Source: an uncultured Thiotrichales bacterium (GTDB taxonomy: Bacteria; Pseudomonadota; Gammaproteobacteria; UBA4575). Taken from it: DNA of 64,000 bases. The DNA lies in contig CAZTNC010000015.1 in assembly GCA_964614915.1 (NCBI GenBank), positions 89,196 through 153,195 of the forward strand, given 5' to 3'. Within the stretch, counting starts at the first letter, position 1; each line of letters starts with the position of its first letter. Below the pieces are notes generated by a model. That model saw only the letters and a program-made list of their open reading frames with translations, ran no database searches and was not told where the DNA came from. The translations under genes were made by a program, and so were the position numbers. This document shows positions 20,875-31,703 of the stretch, in pieces.

Positions 20875-21579
20875 ATGAGAATTCCGACCCGAATAAACTG
20901 TATTTTGTTCCTCTCTCTGTTATGTGCCTGTCAGTCTGGTCTTGCGAAAGACTACATTGTCGAGATGATCTTCTTTGCCAATGTGCCCGCTCCTGAACAA
21001 CCCTTGGCGCAGGTGGCCGATCCCTCGGCACTTCCCGATCTGCAGGATGCCATTTTGCTGGATGACAGTGCGCTCCTTCATGATTTTCTGCCCTTGTCCC
21101 AGGAAGCATTTGAACTGGCTGACCAGGCTTCTGCATTGACGGCTTCAGGAAAATATCAAATCCTGGAACATGTAGCCTGGCTGCAACCTGGTCTTGCAAA
21201 GAGACAGGCCATTCCGGTTCGTATCCAGGCAGGGCTGGACTACAGCGATGACTTTGGTGAACACGTGCCAGTCTATCTGGTCACCGAGGACCAGGGCATG
21301 CAGGAGGAGCATGCAATCAGTGAGCTAGATGGTACGGTCAAGGTGGTTCTCGAGCGTTACCTGCATGTATTCACGGACCTCGTCTATCGCAGGCCTGTCA
21401 ACAAAAACATGAATGCTGAGTCAGTGGCAGATGTCTCAGAGCATGACCGTGTTCTGGCAGACTTTCCCCTGAAAATACACCGGAAAATGCGCAGCAAGGA
21501 ACTGCATTACATTGATCACCCGTTATTTGGCATCCTGGTAGAAATACGCCCTGCACAGAGCGAAGACGAAACCTCTTGA
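20875..21579 (+). CDS. secreted hypothetical protein (possibly CsiV-like periplasmic protein)
   Basis: 234 aa with an N-terminal signal peptide (ILFLSLLCACQSGLA). Lies immediately downstream of mfd, where CsiV sits in Vibrio. Family assignment not verifiable by eye. Confidence 0.4.
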   Translation: MRIPTRINCILFLSLLCACQSGLAKDYIVEMIFFANVPAPEQPLAQVADPSALPDLQDAILLDDSALLHDFLPLSQEAFELADQASALTASGKYQILEHVAWLQPGLAKRQAIPVRIQAGLDYSDDFGEHVPVYLVTEDQGMQEEHAISELDGTVKVVLERYLHVFTDLVYRRPVNKNMNAESVADVSEHDRVLADFPLKIHRKMRSKELHYIDHPLFGILVEIRPAQSEDETS

Positions 21580-21711
21580 TTCTGCCCTTCCTGGCATTCG
21601 ACATGATGCCCGACGGGCAAGCCACCTTCACGAACGACATCGACCTCGGGCCTGCACAGACTTCTTGACGTCACCGGATGCAGCACGGTCAATCAAAAAG
21701 AACGCTTCATC

Positions 21712-22470
21712 TCATGAGTTAAAGTGTCTTGCAGAAGCGGTCAAAAGCTGTCTGACGGCAAGAATTCCCTGTCCTACAGTCTTTTGTACCTCGGCCATGT
21801 CGATTTTTTCCTTGCTGTCTGCGCAACCTGCAGCCCAATTCACACAAAACGCACACGTTGTATAACAAATACCCAGTTCACTCGCCAGGGATGCTTCAGG
21901 CATCGCCGTCATCCCGACAATGTCACAGCCGTCGTTGGCCATACGCTTTACCTCGGCGGCCGTTTCCAACCGGGGGCCCTGGGTGACTCCATAAGTGGCA
22001 CCATCCAGAAGGTCAAGATCAATGTCAGCAGAAGCACGAAGCACGATTTCACGGAGTTCACGACAAAATGGTTCGGTAAAATCGATGTGAGCCACCTGCT
22101 CGAGACCCTCTTCAAAAAAAGTATGTTTGCGGCCGTAGGTGTAATCAATGATCTGGTCGGGAAGGATAATCTTTTTCGGTGAAGCGGCTTGGTTGATGCC
22201 GCCAACCGCAGCAACGCCGATGATGTGCGTGGCGCCAGTCTCATGCAATGCCCAGATATTGGCACGATAATTTACCTGGTGTGGCGGGATATTGTGCAGA
22301 GGACCGTGTCGCAGTAGAAAAGTAACCTCCTCGCCTCCCAGCTCCACAGTTTTCAACGCACTGCTGCATGCCCCAAAGGGCGTATCCACTTGCTGTTCCC
22401 TGACAATCTTCAGATCGCCAAATGCAGCAAACCCTGTGCCTCCGATAATCGCGAGGCGCTTTACCGCCAT
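21712..22470 (-). CDS. mtnP: S-methyl-5'-thioadenosine phosphorylase
   Basis: PNP/MTAP family (LAIIGGTGF, VGMTAMPEA, PRLETAAE). Confidence 0.8.
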   Translation of the reverse strand: MAVKRLAIIGGTGFAAFGDLKIVREQQVDTPFGACSSALKTVELGGEEVTFLLRHGPLHNIPPHQVNYRANIWALHETGATHIIGVAAVGGINQAASPKKIILPDQIIDYTYGRKHTFFEEGLEQVAHIDFTEPFCRELREIVLRASADIDLDLLDGATYGVTQGPRLETAAEVKRMANDGCDIVGMTAMPEASLASELGICYTTCAFCVNWAAGCADSKEKIDMAEVQKTVGQGILAVRQLLTASARHFNS

Positions 22471-22571
22471 TGCCTGCCCGCCATCTTAGACATTACACAG
22501 AAACCGGATGCTGACTCCACACCAGACACTTGAGAATCCCCAGCGACACACCTTGCTTTGCATGCCCAGGG

Positions 22572-23690
22572 CTAGGAGGCTCGCGGCGGAGAAGCTTCAT
22601 TCTCGGTATGATCGAAGTGCAAAACTTGGGTCGGGTAGGCAATGCTTGCGTGATGCTTTTCAATGATCTCGGAAATCTTCAGCAAGACATCCTGCTTGAC
22701 CTCGTGAAACCGGATCCAGTTTGTGGTTTTCGTGAACGTGTATACAAAAAAGTCTACCGATGAGTCACTGAACTGGTTGAAGTTCACGATCATTGTCTGC
22801 TTTTGATCGATCTCCTCATGCTGTCTCAGCATATCCTTGACTTCATGTACGATCATATCCATTGAATGGATATCGTCGTAACGAATCCCGATGGTCTCAT
22901 AGATTCTTCGATGCGACATGCGGGAAGGGTTTTCTACGATGATGCTCGCGAAAACCGAGTTCGGGACATAGAGAGGTCGTTTGTCAAATGTCCGGATCCG
23001 GGTCTGGCGCCATCCGATTTCCTCAACGGTGCCTTCGATCTCTTTATCCGGAGAACAAATCCAGTCCCCAACCTTAAACGGGCGGTCAAGGTAAATCATC
23101 AGGCCGCCAAAGAAATTGGATAACAGGTCTTTGGCAGCAAAACCCACTGCAATACCGCCGATCCCTCCAAAAGCGAGAACTCCTGAAATGCTGAAGCCAA
23201 GAGTTTGCAGCATCACCAGGGCTGCAGTAATGAAAACAGATGCATTGACCAGTTTGACCAATGCATGGGTCGTGGTCACATCCACACTGCTCCCCTGCTG
23301 GGAGTGCTTGCGGATGAAGGCCTTCTCAAACTCTCGAACAAAGCGGATCAAAAACCAGGTGAGTATCGCGATCACCGAAATATCTCGTACCGGATCAATC
23401 GCCTTGAAAATTTCTGCCTCTGTTCTGCTGGCAACAATGTCAGCAGCAAACAAAATTCCGACCACCCAGATCAATACCTGCAAGGGTTTGCGAACGGCAT
23501 AAACAAATGCATCATCCCAGGGGTTTGCCGAGCGCTGGACATTTTTTTCCAGCCTCCGCAAAAACAGGCTTACAAAAGAGTTAAACAAGAGGACAGCGAA
23601 TACTACGACAAACACCTGGATTACCCAGGTGGGGGAAATGTCATGTGGCCACAGATTTCCGAAAATCCCTGAAAGATATGTGCTGTCCAT
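22572..23690 (-). CDS. mechanosensitive ion channel, MscS family
   Basis: 372 aa with N-terminal TM helices followed by the MscS beta-domain (GDWICSPDKEIEGTVEEIGWRQTRIRTFDKRPLYVPNS). Confidence 0.8.
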   Translation of the reverse strand: MDSTYLSGIFGNLWPHDISPTWVIQVFVVVFAVLLFNSFVSLFLRRLEKNVQRSANPWDDAFVYAVRKPLQVLIWVVGILFAADIVASRTEAEIFKAIDPVRDISVIAILTWFLIRFVREFEKAFIRKHSQQGSSVDVTTTHALVKLVNASVFITAALVMLQTLGFSISGVLAFGGIGGIAVGFAAKDLLSNFFGGLMIYLDRPFKVGDWICSPDKEIEGTVEEIGWRQTRIRTFDKRPLYVPNSVFASIIVENPSRMSHRRIYETIGIRYDDIHSMDMIVHEVKDMLRQHEEIDQKQTMIVNFNQFSDSSVDFFVYTFTKTTNWIRFHEVKQDVLLKISEIIEKHHASIAYPTQVLHFDHTENEASPPRAS

Positions 23691-23720
23691 ACTGTCTTTA
23701 TTGCTGTGGGATGTATGCCA

Positions 23721-24776
23721 TTAAATCAGCAGATCACTGCTGGAGGAATCCAGATACGATTCTACTTGTAATACCGCAGATTGCCATGCCTTCCTGACGC
23801 GCAGATCTTTATTGGGAATTGCATGCTTCCCACCATGCATGCGAGCCAAGCGAATCTGGGATGCCGGATTGTCCTGATTCGTCAACTGTTCTGCAACCTG
23901 AACAGCCTGCTTATTCTCATTGCAGATCAGTACCATGTCGCAACCGGCTTGCAGAGCTTTTTGTGTGCGCACTAGATACTCTTCACTGCAAGCCGCAGCT
24001 TTCATGCTGAGATCATCACTGAACACCGCACCTTTGAAATCCAGCTCCTCACGCAATACTGCATGCAGCCACTTCCTGGAATAGGTTGCCACTTCCTTGT
24101 CTATCCTCTCGTATACAACATGCGCACTCATGATCCCCGCAATGCCCTGATTGATCAGGCGCCGAAATGGCAGGATATCCTGCATGACAAGATCCGGGTA
24201 GCTGCGGGTATCCACAGGCATGTCAATGTGCGAGTCCGCCGCAACACCGCCATGCCCTGGGAAGTGCTTGCCAACGGCTTGCATGCCTGCGCTGCGCATC
24301 CCGCGAACGTAGTGCATCGCCAGCAAAGCAACAATTTCCGGGTCCTTGTGAAAAGCACGCTCGCCAATCACCTGACTAATTCCAAGGTTCAGATCAAGGA
24401 CCGGCGCAAAACTGAAATCGATCCCGACAGACCTGAGTTCTGTGGCCATGAGCCATCCTGTAACCTCAGCCAGTTCACACGCTCTGCGTGAGTCCGTGTC
24501 ATGGATTCTTCCCAGTTCTTGAATCGCGGGTAATTGGGTGAATCCCTCGCGAAACCGCTGTACACACCCTCCCTCCTGATCCACGGCAACCAGCAATCTT
24601 GGATGGCGTAGGGCATGAATTTCACTGACCAGGCTTGTCAGGCTGTCAACTGATGTAAAATTCCTGCTGAAAAGAATCACACCGCCGACCTGGGGCGACA
24701 GCAAAAGTCTTTTTTCCTGTGCAGATAATGAATCTGCACGAAGATCGACCATGAGCGGACCTAGCGACATTTGCAA
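23721..24776 (-). CDS. nagZ: beta-N-acetylhexosaminidase NagZ
   Basis: GH3 NagZ sequence (VGGVILFSRN, VDQEGG, KHFPGHG). Confidence 0.85.
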   Translation of the reverse strand: MQMSLGPLMVDLRADSLSAQEKRLLLSPQVGGVILFSRNFTSVDSLTSLVSEIHALRHPRLLVAVDQEGGCVQRFREGFTQLPAIQELGRIHDTDSRRACELAEVTGWLMATELRSVGIDFSFAPVLDLNLGISQVIGERAFHKDPEIVALLAMHYVRGMRSAGMQAVGKHFPGHGGVAADSHIDMPVDTRSYPDLVMQDILPFRRLINQGIAGIMSAHVVYERIDKEVATYSRKWLHAVLREELDFKGAVFSDDLSMKAAACSEEYLVRTQKALQAGCDMVLICNENKQAVQVAEQLTNQDNPASQIRLARMHGGKHAIPNKDLRVRKAWQSAVLQVESYLDSSSSDLLI

Positions 24777-25046
24777 AATTATCCGCTGGTCAAACCGGAA
24801 GTTGGAGGTCAGGATCCTCCAAAATATGCGCCCTACCCCTTGAGGCCTGCGCCTGGAAAGACAAAATCATTACACTATCCTCACCATGCATCATCCAGAC
24901 AGTCACACCGCCTTGAACTCATGCAGACACCTTCACCGGGTCGTTACGTGGCCAGACGGATTCCTTGCGGTATATAGTATGCACCCGAAAAAGGAATATC
25001 AGCCAAATTTGTGCAAGCGGGTTTTGGGTCCCACAAACAAGCCAGA

Positions 25047-26147
25047 ATGATTCAATCAGCTTACCAGGAACTGCTTGAAACACAGCAGATCGTACAGGAT
25101 TCGGATCAGGAAAAAACAGTCTTGGCACTCCAAGCCCTACATCACGGACTCAATCACCACGACTCGAAACCCGGACTGCTAAAGCGCATTACGAGCTTTC
25201 TGCCTAGCGGGCAAGACCCTGCAGATATCAAGGGGCTATACATATGGGGAGGGATTGGTCGTGGCAAGACGTTTCTGATGGACCTGTTTTTCTCCAATCT
25301 GCATATACAGCAAAAATTGCGCCTGCACTACCACCAGTTCATGGATGAGGCCCATGGCTTGCTGAAGCACTGCAGGGATGAGGCCGATCCTCTCAAACGA
25401 GTCGCCCGCAAATTTGCTGACAAGGCCAAGGTGCTCTGTCTCGATGAATTTTTTGTGCATGACATCGGAGATGCCATGATTATTTCAGGGTTACTGCAAG
25501 GGCTCTTTGAGCATAAAACCATCCTAGTCACAACTTCCAACACAAGGCCGGATCTGCTGTATACAAACGGATTGCAGCGTGAACGGTTTTTACCTGCTAT
25601 TGAATTGTTGCAAACACACATGAAGGTAGTGCAGCTCGACGGTGAAACGGACTACCGCTTCGAGCTCATGCAAACAGAAGGGATCTACAACACCCCCATC
25701 GACGATGCCTCGCAAGACTGGCTTGAACATCACTTTCTGAGCTTGTGCGCAGAAAAAAATGATGGTTCCTGGGGGAAAATCCAGGTCAGGAACCGGAATC
25801 TGCAGAGCATACGCCACTCGGACACGATCGCATGGTTTGATTTCCGGGAATTATGCGCAGAGCCACGCGGTACCTCGGACTATATTGAACTAGCCAAGCG
25901 CTTCAACACCATTTTGATTTCGCATGTGCCTGTTTTCAGAAACAACGATGACCAGGCAAGGAGATTCATCAACCTTGTGGACGAGTTTTATGATCGTAAT
26001 GTAAAGTTGATCCTCTCTGCCGAGGCTTGGCCAGATTCACTGTATCAAGGCACACGGCTCAGCGAAGAATTCAGACGCACGGTGAGCCGGCTGAATGAAA
26101 TGCAATCGCTTGAATATTTGGAAAAACAATATCACCCGGAACGATAA
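25047..26147 (+). CDS. zapE: cell division protein ZapE (AFG1-family ATPase)
   Basis: Walker A GGIGRGKTFLMD and Walker B VLCLDEFFV. Start moved to the ATG at 25047, which aligns with the E. coli ZapE N-terminus; the ORF-track start at 25011 is a GTG. Confidence 0.8.
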   Translation: MIQSAYQELLETQQIVQDSDQEKTVLALQALHHGLNHHDSKPGLLKRITSFLPSGQDPADIKGLYIWGGIGRGKTFLMDLFFSNLHIQQKLRLHYHQFMDEAHGLLKHCRDEADPLKRVARKFADKAKVLCLDEFFVHDIGDAMIISGLLQGLFEHKTILVTTSNTRPDLLYTNGLQRERFLPAIELLQTHMKVVQLDGETDYRFELMQTEGIYNTPIDDASQDWLEHHFLSLCAEKNDGSWGKIQVRNRNLQSIRHSDTIAWFDFRELCAEPRGTSDYIELAKRFNTILISHVPVFRNNDDQARRFINLVDEFYDRNVKLILSAEAWPDSLYQGTRLSEEFRRTVSRLNEMQSLEYLEKQYHPER

Positions 26148-26165
26148 TTCTATAAGGAACACTAC

Positions 26166-27143
26166 ATGAAACCAGCAGTACGAATCGCTATCACAGGTGC
26201 CGCAGGAAATATTGGATATGCCGCCGCATTCCGAATTTCTGCAGGAGATATGCTGGGCGCTGACCAGCCTGTAATCCTCCAGCTGATTGAAATCGAGCCC
26301 GCGTTGCAGGCTTTGCGAGGTGTCGAGATGGAACTGCTGGATTGTGCCTTTCCATTGCTTGAGGATGTAATCGTTACAGCGGACCTCAGCGTTGGCTTCA
26401 AGGATGCAGATTATGTCCTGCTCATAGGCTCGAAACCACGAACCAAGGGCATGGAACGCAGTGACCTGTTAAGTGACAACGGAAAAATCTTCGGGCCGCA
26501 GGGCCGCGCCATCAATGACCATTGCTCCCGTGATGTAAAAGTACTTGTTATTGGAAACCCGGCGAACACCAATGGTCTGATTGCCGTGAACAATGCTCCT
26601 GACCTGTCTCCCACACAATTCACTTCCATGATGAGACTTGACCATAACCGTGCCCTCAATCAGCTCTCGCTGAAAACCGGGACGCCGGTCACCGGAATTA
26701 ACCGCCTGACTGTATGGGGCAATCACTCGCTTACGCAGTATCCTGATATCAGCCACTGCTCCATTGGCGGTGAGAATGCCACCTCGCTGGTTGATATGGC
26801 CTGGTATAAGGAAACCTTTCTTTCCAGTGTGCAAAAACGCGGAGCAGAAATAATCGTTGCCCGTGGAGCATCCTCTGCAGCATCGGCCGCCTCGGCAGCA
26901 ATCGACCATATGCGTGACTGGGTATTTGGAACCTCCAGCGAGGACTGGACGAGCATGAGTATCGTATCAAACGGAGACTACGGGATTACGGAAGGGCTGA
27001 TGTTTTCATTTCCCGTACGTTGCAAGAATGGCGAATACGAGGTGGTTCGCGATCTGGAAATTGATGACTTCAGCCGGGAGATGGTCCAGGCGACAGAGAA
27101 AGAGCTGCTGGAAGAACGTGATGCGGTCAAGGATCTGCTTTGA
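26166..27143 (+). CDS. mdh: malate dehydrogenase (LDH-like type 2)
   Basis: [18 protein letters not shown] Rossmann N-terminus and IGNPANTN motif. AAGGAA SD upstream. Confidence 0.9.
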   Translation: MKPAVRIAITGAAGNIGYAAAFRISAGDMLGADQPVILQLIEIEPALQALRGVEMELLDCAFPLLEDVIVTADLSVGFKDADYVLLIGSKPRTKGMERSDLLSDNGKIFGPQGRAINDHCSRDVKVLVIGNPANTNGLIAVNNAPDLSPTQFTSMMRLDHNRALNQLSLKTGTPVTGINRLTVWGNHSLTQYPDISHCSIGGENATSLVDMAWYKETFLSSVQKRGAEIIVARGASSAASAASAAIDHMRDWVFGTSSEDWTSMSIVSNGDYGITEGLMFSFPVRCKNGEYEVVRDLEIDDFSREMVQATEKELLEERDAVKDLL

Positions 27144-27283
27144 CTGATACAGCGAGCCATTCTACGGCTAGGCGGGATTCACTGCCCAAGTTGGTCTTCT
27201 TTGAATAAAAATATATTATTTAATTACTTATAGAATAAATATTACATATCTCATAGATATATCCCCGGCAGAGAAATGTAAAG

Positions 27284-27799
27284 CTATGGGGTTACGATAT
27301 CTTCAGTGGACAATCTGTTTTGTCGCAACTGACCGTTTTTTACAAAAGAATGTCCTTGCCTGTCACAATACGACAGCCATTTGAATAAGAAACGATTCAG
27401 GTGCCACCTTTTCGGCAAAGAAGGGCTTGTCCTGGGTCTGTAAGAACGATTGTTTATGTTTTTGTTCCGGAAGGTCTGACTGATCACTTCAGCTTGCAAT
27501 GCATCATAGTAGATTCGTAGTTTGAGATTTGGGTAGGCCAGCAAGCCGCTCTTTGCATCCGCGAAATAGTAGGTCAGCGCAATGGTCGAGGTGTACCGGG
27601 TCTTCTCCAGTACCTGAAGATACAAATCCATTCCCTGTGGAATCCGTGACACTGCAATGGCTGGCATGGTGTCCTTGGTACCACACAGTTTGCGCAGACG
27701 AATGTAATTCGCCTCGTACATCTCCATCAGCCCGGCAAAAGTGTTGGGTGACGGGTCCGCCAAAAACCGTTTTTGTAAAGACAGATTTCTCATCTTCAA
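27284..27799 (-). CDS. DUF1249 (YqiB-like) protein
   Basis: MEMYEANYIRLRKL...STRYTSTIALTYYF...LRIYYDALQAEV parallels E. coli YqiB. TTG/ATG start ambiguity (27799 vs 27793); about 30-aa C-terminal extension. Confidence 0.6.
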   Translation of the reverse strand: MKMRNLSLQKRFLADPSPNTFAGLMEMYEANYIRLRKLCGTKDTMPAIAVSRIPQGMDLYLQVLEKTRYTSTIALTYYFADAKSGLLAYPNLKLRIYYDALQAEVISQTFRNKNINNRSYRPRTSPSLPKRWHLNRFLFKWLSYCDRQGHSFVKNGQLRQNRLSTEDIVTP

Positions 27800-27815
27800 A
27801 CATGCATCGCGACGT

Positions 27816-27839
27816 CCGGTTATACTGGCATATAACCGG
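27816..27839. promoter_or_regulatory. perfect 9-bp inverted repeat CCGGTTATA-CTGGCA-TATAACCGG between sdhE and the YqiB-like gene
   Basis: Read directly. It is 17-23 nt upstream of the YqiB-like start on the same transcript. No U-tract follows on either strand, so it is not a canonical intrinsic terminator. Confidence 0.35.
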
Positions 27840-27894
27840 AAAACGCTGCAACAATTACAAAAAAGAAAGGGACAAGCATGCCCCGCAACCGGTT

Positions 27895-28128
27895 TCAGGC
27901 GCGCATGAACTCGATCACTTTGTTGATGTGATGATCATGTGATTCCTGCATCCCCGTCACTAAGGCATACAACTCAGGGTCCTGCATCTCCAGCATGTCT
28001 TCGAACGCATGCTTCAATGCAGGCTCAGCATTCCGGTAATGGTTCTCCAGAAATGTCATCATCAGGATATCCAGCTCCTTGGTGCCTCTCCGGCAGCGCC
28101 ATAGCAGTTTTTGTGCCTTTTCCTGCAT
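27895..28128 (-). CDS. sdhE: FAD assembly factor SdhE
   Basis: LWRCRRGTKELDILMMTFLENHY...MQDPELY matches SdhE(YgfY). Start set at the Met that aligns with SdhE; the ORF-track ORF extends upstream into sdhB. Confidence 0.75.
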   Translation of the reverse strand: MQEKAQKLLWRCRRGTKELDILMMTFLENHYRNAEPALKHAFEDMLEMQDPELYALVTGMQESHDHHINKVIEFMRA

Positions 28129-28133
28129 TTGCC

Positions 28134-28916
28134 TCAGCCTCCGGCACCAGCGGTAAGCTTCTTGATTTCCGCAATTGCCTTTGCTGGATTCAGTCCCTTG
28201 GGGCAGGTATTCGTGCAGTTCATGATGGTATGGCAACGATAAAGCTTGAAGGCATCCTTCAATTCCTCCAGGCGCTCGGCCGTGGCCTCATCCCGGCTGT
28301 CGGCAATCCACCGGTAAGCCTGCAGCAACACGGCAGGACCGAGATAGCGGTCACTGTTCCACCAGTAACTGGGGCAACTGGTCGAGCAGCACGCACACAG
28401 GATGCATTCCTCCAGGCCTTCCAGCTTTTCACGGTCATCCTTGGATTGCAGCCGTTCACGTCCTGACGGAGCTGGTGCCTCGGTTTTGATCCACGGCTTG
28501 ACCGATGCGTACTGCGCATAAAACCTGCTCAGGTCCACCACGAGATCCTTGACGACCTGCATGTGGGGCAGAGGATAAACCTTGATGTCACCCTTGATCT
28601 CCTCGATGGCCTTGATGCATGCCAGTGTGTTTGAACCATTGATGTTCATCGAGCAAGAACCGCAGATGCCTTCCCGGCACGACCGGCGAAATGTCAGGGT
28701 GGAATCAATTTCATTCTTGATCTTGATCAGTGCATCCAGCACCATCGGCCCGCAGGTGTCCAGGTCGATTTCGTAGGTGTCCGTGCGTGGGTTCTCCTTA
28801 TTGTCCGGATCATAACGATAGACAACCACTTTCTTCGTCTGACCGCCGCCGGTAGCAGCAGGATACGTTTTGCCCGGCTTGACTACGGAATTTGCTGGAA
28901 GATTGAACTGTGCCAT
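28134..28916 (-). CDS. sdhB: succinate dehydrogenase iron-sulfur subunit
   Basis: 2Fe-2S, 4Fe-4S and 3Fe-4S cysteine clusters ([32 protein letters not shown]). Confidence 0.95.
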   Translation of the reverse strand: MAQFNLPANSVVKPGKTYPAATGGGQTKKVVVYRYDPDNKENPRTDTYEIDLDTCGPMVLDALIKIKNEIDSTLTFRRSCREGICGSCSMNINGSNTLACIKAIEEIKGDIKVYPLPHMQVVKDLVVDLSRFYAQYASVKPWIKTEAPAPSGRERLQSKDDREKLEGLEECILCACCSTSCPSYWWNSDRYLGPAVLLQAYRWIADSRDEATAERLEELKDAFKLYRCHTIMNCTNTCPKGLNPAKAIAEIKKLTAGAGG

Positions 28917-28929
28917 TCATTAATCCTTT

Positions 28930-30720
28930 TCAATAAACCCTGGCCTTTGGCGGGATTACCTCAACCTCGTCGGTCTGGGTATACATGTGCACCGGCCTGT
29001 ATCCAATGGCCACATCTCCATGCCCATCAATAGTGGCCAAGGTGTGCTTCATCCAGTTCTCATCATCACGTTCCGGATAGTCGTCACGAGCCTGCGCGCC
29101 ACGGCTCTCGGTGCGGTTGAGTGCAGACTGTGCAGTGACAATTGCCTGGGGCATCAAATTCGTCAGTTCAATGGCCTCGACCAAATCTGTATTCCAGACC
29201 ATGGAGCGATCGCTAAGTCTTAAATTGTCCATCTGGGAAAACAGTTCCCGAAGTCGGATCAACCCTTTCTCGATCAACTCGCCGGTTCTGAAAACAGCAG
29301 CATGGCTTTGCATAGTCTTTTGCATTTCAATGCGCAGATGGGCCACCGTAATTTCACCACTGGCATGTCTCAGTTTATCAAAACGGTTGAGTACAGCATC
29401 CACTACAGCACCATTCAATTTTTCATGGGGCTGGCCTGGTTTGACCAGTTCCACGGCACGAAGTGCTGCCGCCCTGCCAAATACAATCAGGTCCAGCAGG
29501 GAATTGGACCCCAGGCGGTTGGCGCCATGCACCGACACGCAAGCTGCCTCGCCAATGGCCATCAGCCCGGGAATCACATGATCCGGGTCATCGTCTTTCA
29601 GGGTCACCACCTCTCCCTGATAGTTCGTAGGGATACCGCCCATGTTGTAGTGCACGGTCGGCAAGACGGGGATTGGCTCTCGCGTGACATCGATACCTGC
29701 AAAAATCCTGGCAGATTCGGCAATCCCCGGAAGCTTCGAGTTGATCAGGTCCGCACCCAGGTGCTCCAGGTGAAGCTGTATGTGATCCTTTTCTTCCCCC
29801 ACGCCACGCCCTTCATTGATTTCAATGGTCATGGAACGGCTGACCACATCACGTGAGGCCAGGTCCTTTGCGTTCGGGGCATATCGTTCCATGAAACGCT
29901 CGCCCTCCGAATTGGTCAGGTAGCCGCCTTCTCCTCGCACACCTTCTGTAATCAGGCATCCGGAGCCATAAATTCCGGTTGGATGAAACTGTACGAATTC
30001 CATGTCCTGCAGCGGCAACCCCGCGCGCAAGATCATCGCATTGCCGTCCCCGGTACAGGTATGTGCCGAAGTGCAGGAGAAATAAGTGCGCCCATAACCG
30101 CCTGTGGCAAGCAGCACCATGTGTGCCCGAAAAACGTGCAATTCCCCTGTAGCGAGATCCCAGGCCAGCACGCCTTTGCATGCCCCTTCATCATTCATCA
30201 GCAGATCGATTGCAAAGTACTCGATAAAGAACTCTGCGTTGTGCTTCAGGGACTGCTGATAGAGAGTGTGCAGAATTGCATGACCGGTTCTGTCCGCCGC
30301 GGCGCAGGTTCTTTGTGCAATTCCCTCGCCATATCGAGTGGTCATGCCCCCAAAGGGTCTCTGGTAAATACGCCCGTCGTCCGTGCGTGAGAAAGGAACT
30401 CCGTAGTGCTCAAGTTCCACAACGGCTGGAATCGCCTCGCGACACATGTATTCAATGGCATCCTGGTCACCCAGCCAGTCGGAGCCTTTGACCGTGTCAT
30501 ACATGTGCCAGCGCCAGTCATCCTCGCCCATATTGGCAAGGGCCGCGCTCATTCCACCCTGTGCCGCCACAGTATGGCTGCGGGTCGGGAACACCTTGGT
30601 GATACATGCCGTTGAAAGCCCGCTTGCCGTCATGCCCAGTGTGGCACGCAGTCCGGCGCCACCTGCGCCTACAACCACCACATCATAGGCATGCTCGGTC
30701 AATCTGTACGCCTTGCTCAT
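28930..30720 (-). CDS. sdhA: succinate dehydrogenase flavoprotein subunit
   Basis: 596 aa; FAD-binding [13 protein letters not shown], histidyl-FAD region [10 protein letters not shown], catalytic HPTG. Confidence 0.95.
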   Translation of the reverse strand: MSKAYRLTEHAYDVVVVGAGGAGLRATLGMTASGLSTACITKVFPTRSHTVAAQGGMSAALANMGEDDWRWHMYDTVKGSDWLGDQDAIEYMCREAIPAVVELEHYGVPFSRTDDGRIYQRPFGGMTTRYGEGIAQRTCAAADRTGHAILHTLYQQSLKHNAEFFIEYFAIDLLMNDEGACKGVLAWDLATGELHVFRAHMVLLATGGYGRTYFSCTSAHTCTGDGNAMILRAGLPLQDMEFVQFHPTGIYGSGCLITEGVRGEGGYLTNSEGERFMERYAPNAKDLASRDVVSRSMTIEINEGRGVGEEKDHIQLHLEHLGADLINSKLPGIAESARIFAGIDVTREPIPVLPTVHYNMGGIPTNYQGEVVTLKDDDPDHVIPGLMAIGEAACVSVHGANRLGSNSLLDLIVFGRAAALRAVELVKPGQPHEKLNGAVVDAVLNRFDKLRHASGEITVAHLRIEMQKTMQSHAAVFRTGELIEKGLIRLRELFSQMDNLRLSDRSMVWNTDLVEAIELTNLMPQAIVTAQSALNRTESRGAQARDDYPERDDENWMKHTLATIDGHGDVAIGYRPVHMYTQTDEVEVIPPKARVY

Positions 30721-30729
30721 TTCGATTTT

Positions 30730-31098
30730 CTACAAAGTGATTTTTAAAAGCGCAAGAATCCCGGCAACAGCCGACAGAATACATGTGGCATTCAACAGGA
30801 TTAATGAGGCTGTTTTCAGCCACCCACCTACATAATCCTCGATGATGACCTGTACACCCAGCTTCGTATGGTAGAAGGTCAAGGCAATAAAAATTGCCAA
30901 AAAGCTTGTGACAAATGGCGCTTTCAACCAGCTTACCATTGTCTCGTAGCTTGCATTGCCCAGCATTGCCAGGGAAAAGGCAAGCCATATGACCAAGGGG
31001 ACCAGTGCTGCCGCAGTAAGGCGCTGCATCCACCAATGCACCACAGCCTCCCTGCCAACACCGGGAAGCACGGACAACAGTGTACGTAACGACGTCAT
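30730..31098 (-). CDS. sdhD: succinate dehydrogenase hydrophobic anchor subunit
   Basis: 122-aa 3-TM protein between sdhC and sdhA. Confidence 0.8.
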   Translation of the reverse strand: MTSLRTLLSVLPGVGREAVVHWWMQRLTAAALVPLVIWLAFSLAMLGNASYETMVSWLKAPFVTSFLAIFIALTFYHTKLGVQVIIEDYVGGWLKTASLILLNATCILSAVAGILALLKITL

Positions 31099-31494
31099 CT
31101 ACGCCTGCATTCCGTGATGCAGCCAGACAACCAGCCAAACGGCCACCGTGAACACAACGGTTGCCAACAAGACCACGATTCCTGAGATTCGAGTGGCTTC
31201 AATTCCAAAACCCAGACCTGCGTCAAAAACCAGGTGGCGCACTCCGTTGAACAAATGCAGGAACAGCGCCAAAGTCCATAAAACCAGGAAAACCTGGCCA
31301 AGACCCGTCGAAATATAGGCCCGCAGGACATCATAGGCGCTCGGACCAGCAGCGATCGAAAGCAGCACCACCACCATCAACAAGGCTCCTGCAGCAAGCG
31401 CAGCTCCCGTGATGCGGTGCAGTATGGAGATGACCATCGCAAGCGGCCAGCGATAGATCTGCAAATGCGGTGATAATGGCCTACCCGGATTCAC
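31099..31494 (-). CDS. sdhC: succinate dehydrogenase cytochrome b556 subunit
   Basis: RPLSPHLQIYRWPLAMVISILHRITG is the typical SdhC N-terminus. Confidence 0.85.
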   Translation of the reverse strand: MNPGRPLSPHLQIYRWPLAMVISILHRITGAALAAGALLMVVVLLSIAAGPSAYDVLRAYISTGLGQVFLVLWTLALFLHLFNGVRHLVFDAGLGFGIEATRISGIVVLLATVVFTVAVWLVVWLHHGMQA

Positions 31495-31703
31495 CAGAGA
31501 CTCCCTTGGTTAAGTGCGGAAACATGGATTATGAAAACGGCCTCTATACGACCCGCCGCCGATGTACAGAGGTCATCCAATTGCTTTATTCTTGGTATCA
31601 GATACTACCTGATTAGCTGGCTATATTGAATATCCTTTGAGATAATATCAATAATTACAATCAGTTAAGAGTTTCACACAGGCCTGCTAAGCCCTCTGCA
31701 GGC

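Noticed and set aside
24771-25128. Two short overlapping ORFs (68 and 69 aa) in the nagZ-zapE divergent region
   Set aside because: No RBS, no recognisable features, and they occupy an expected promoter region; most likely non-coding.
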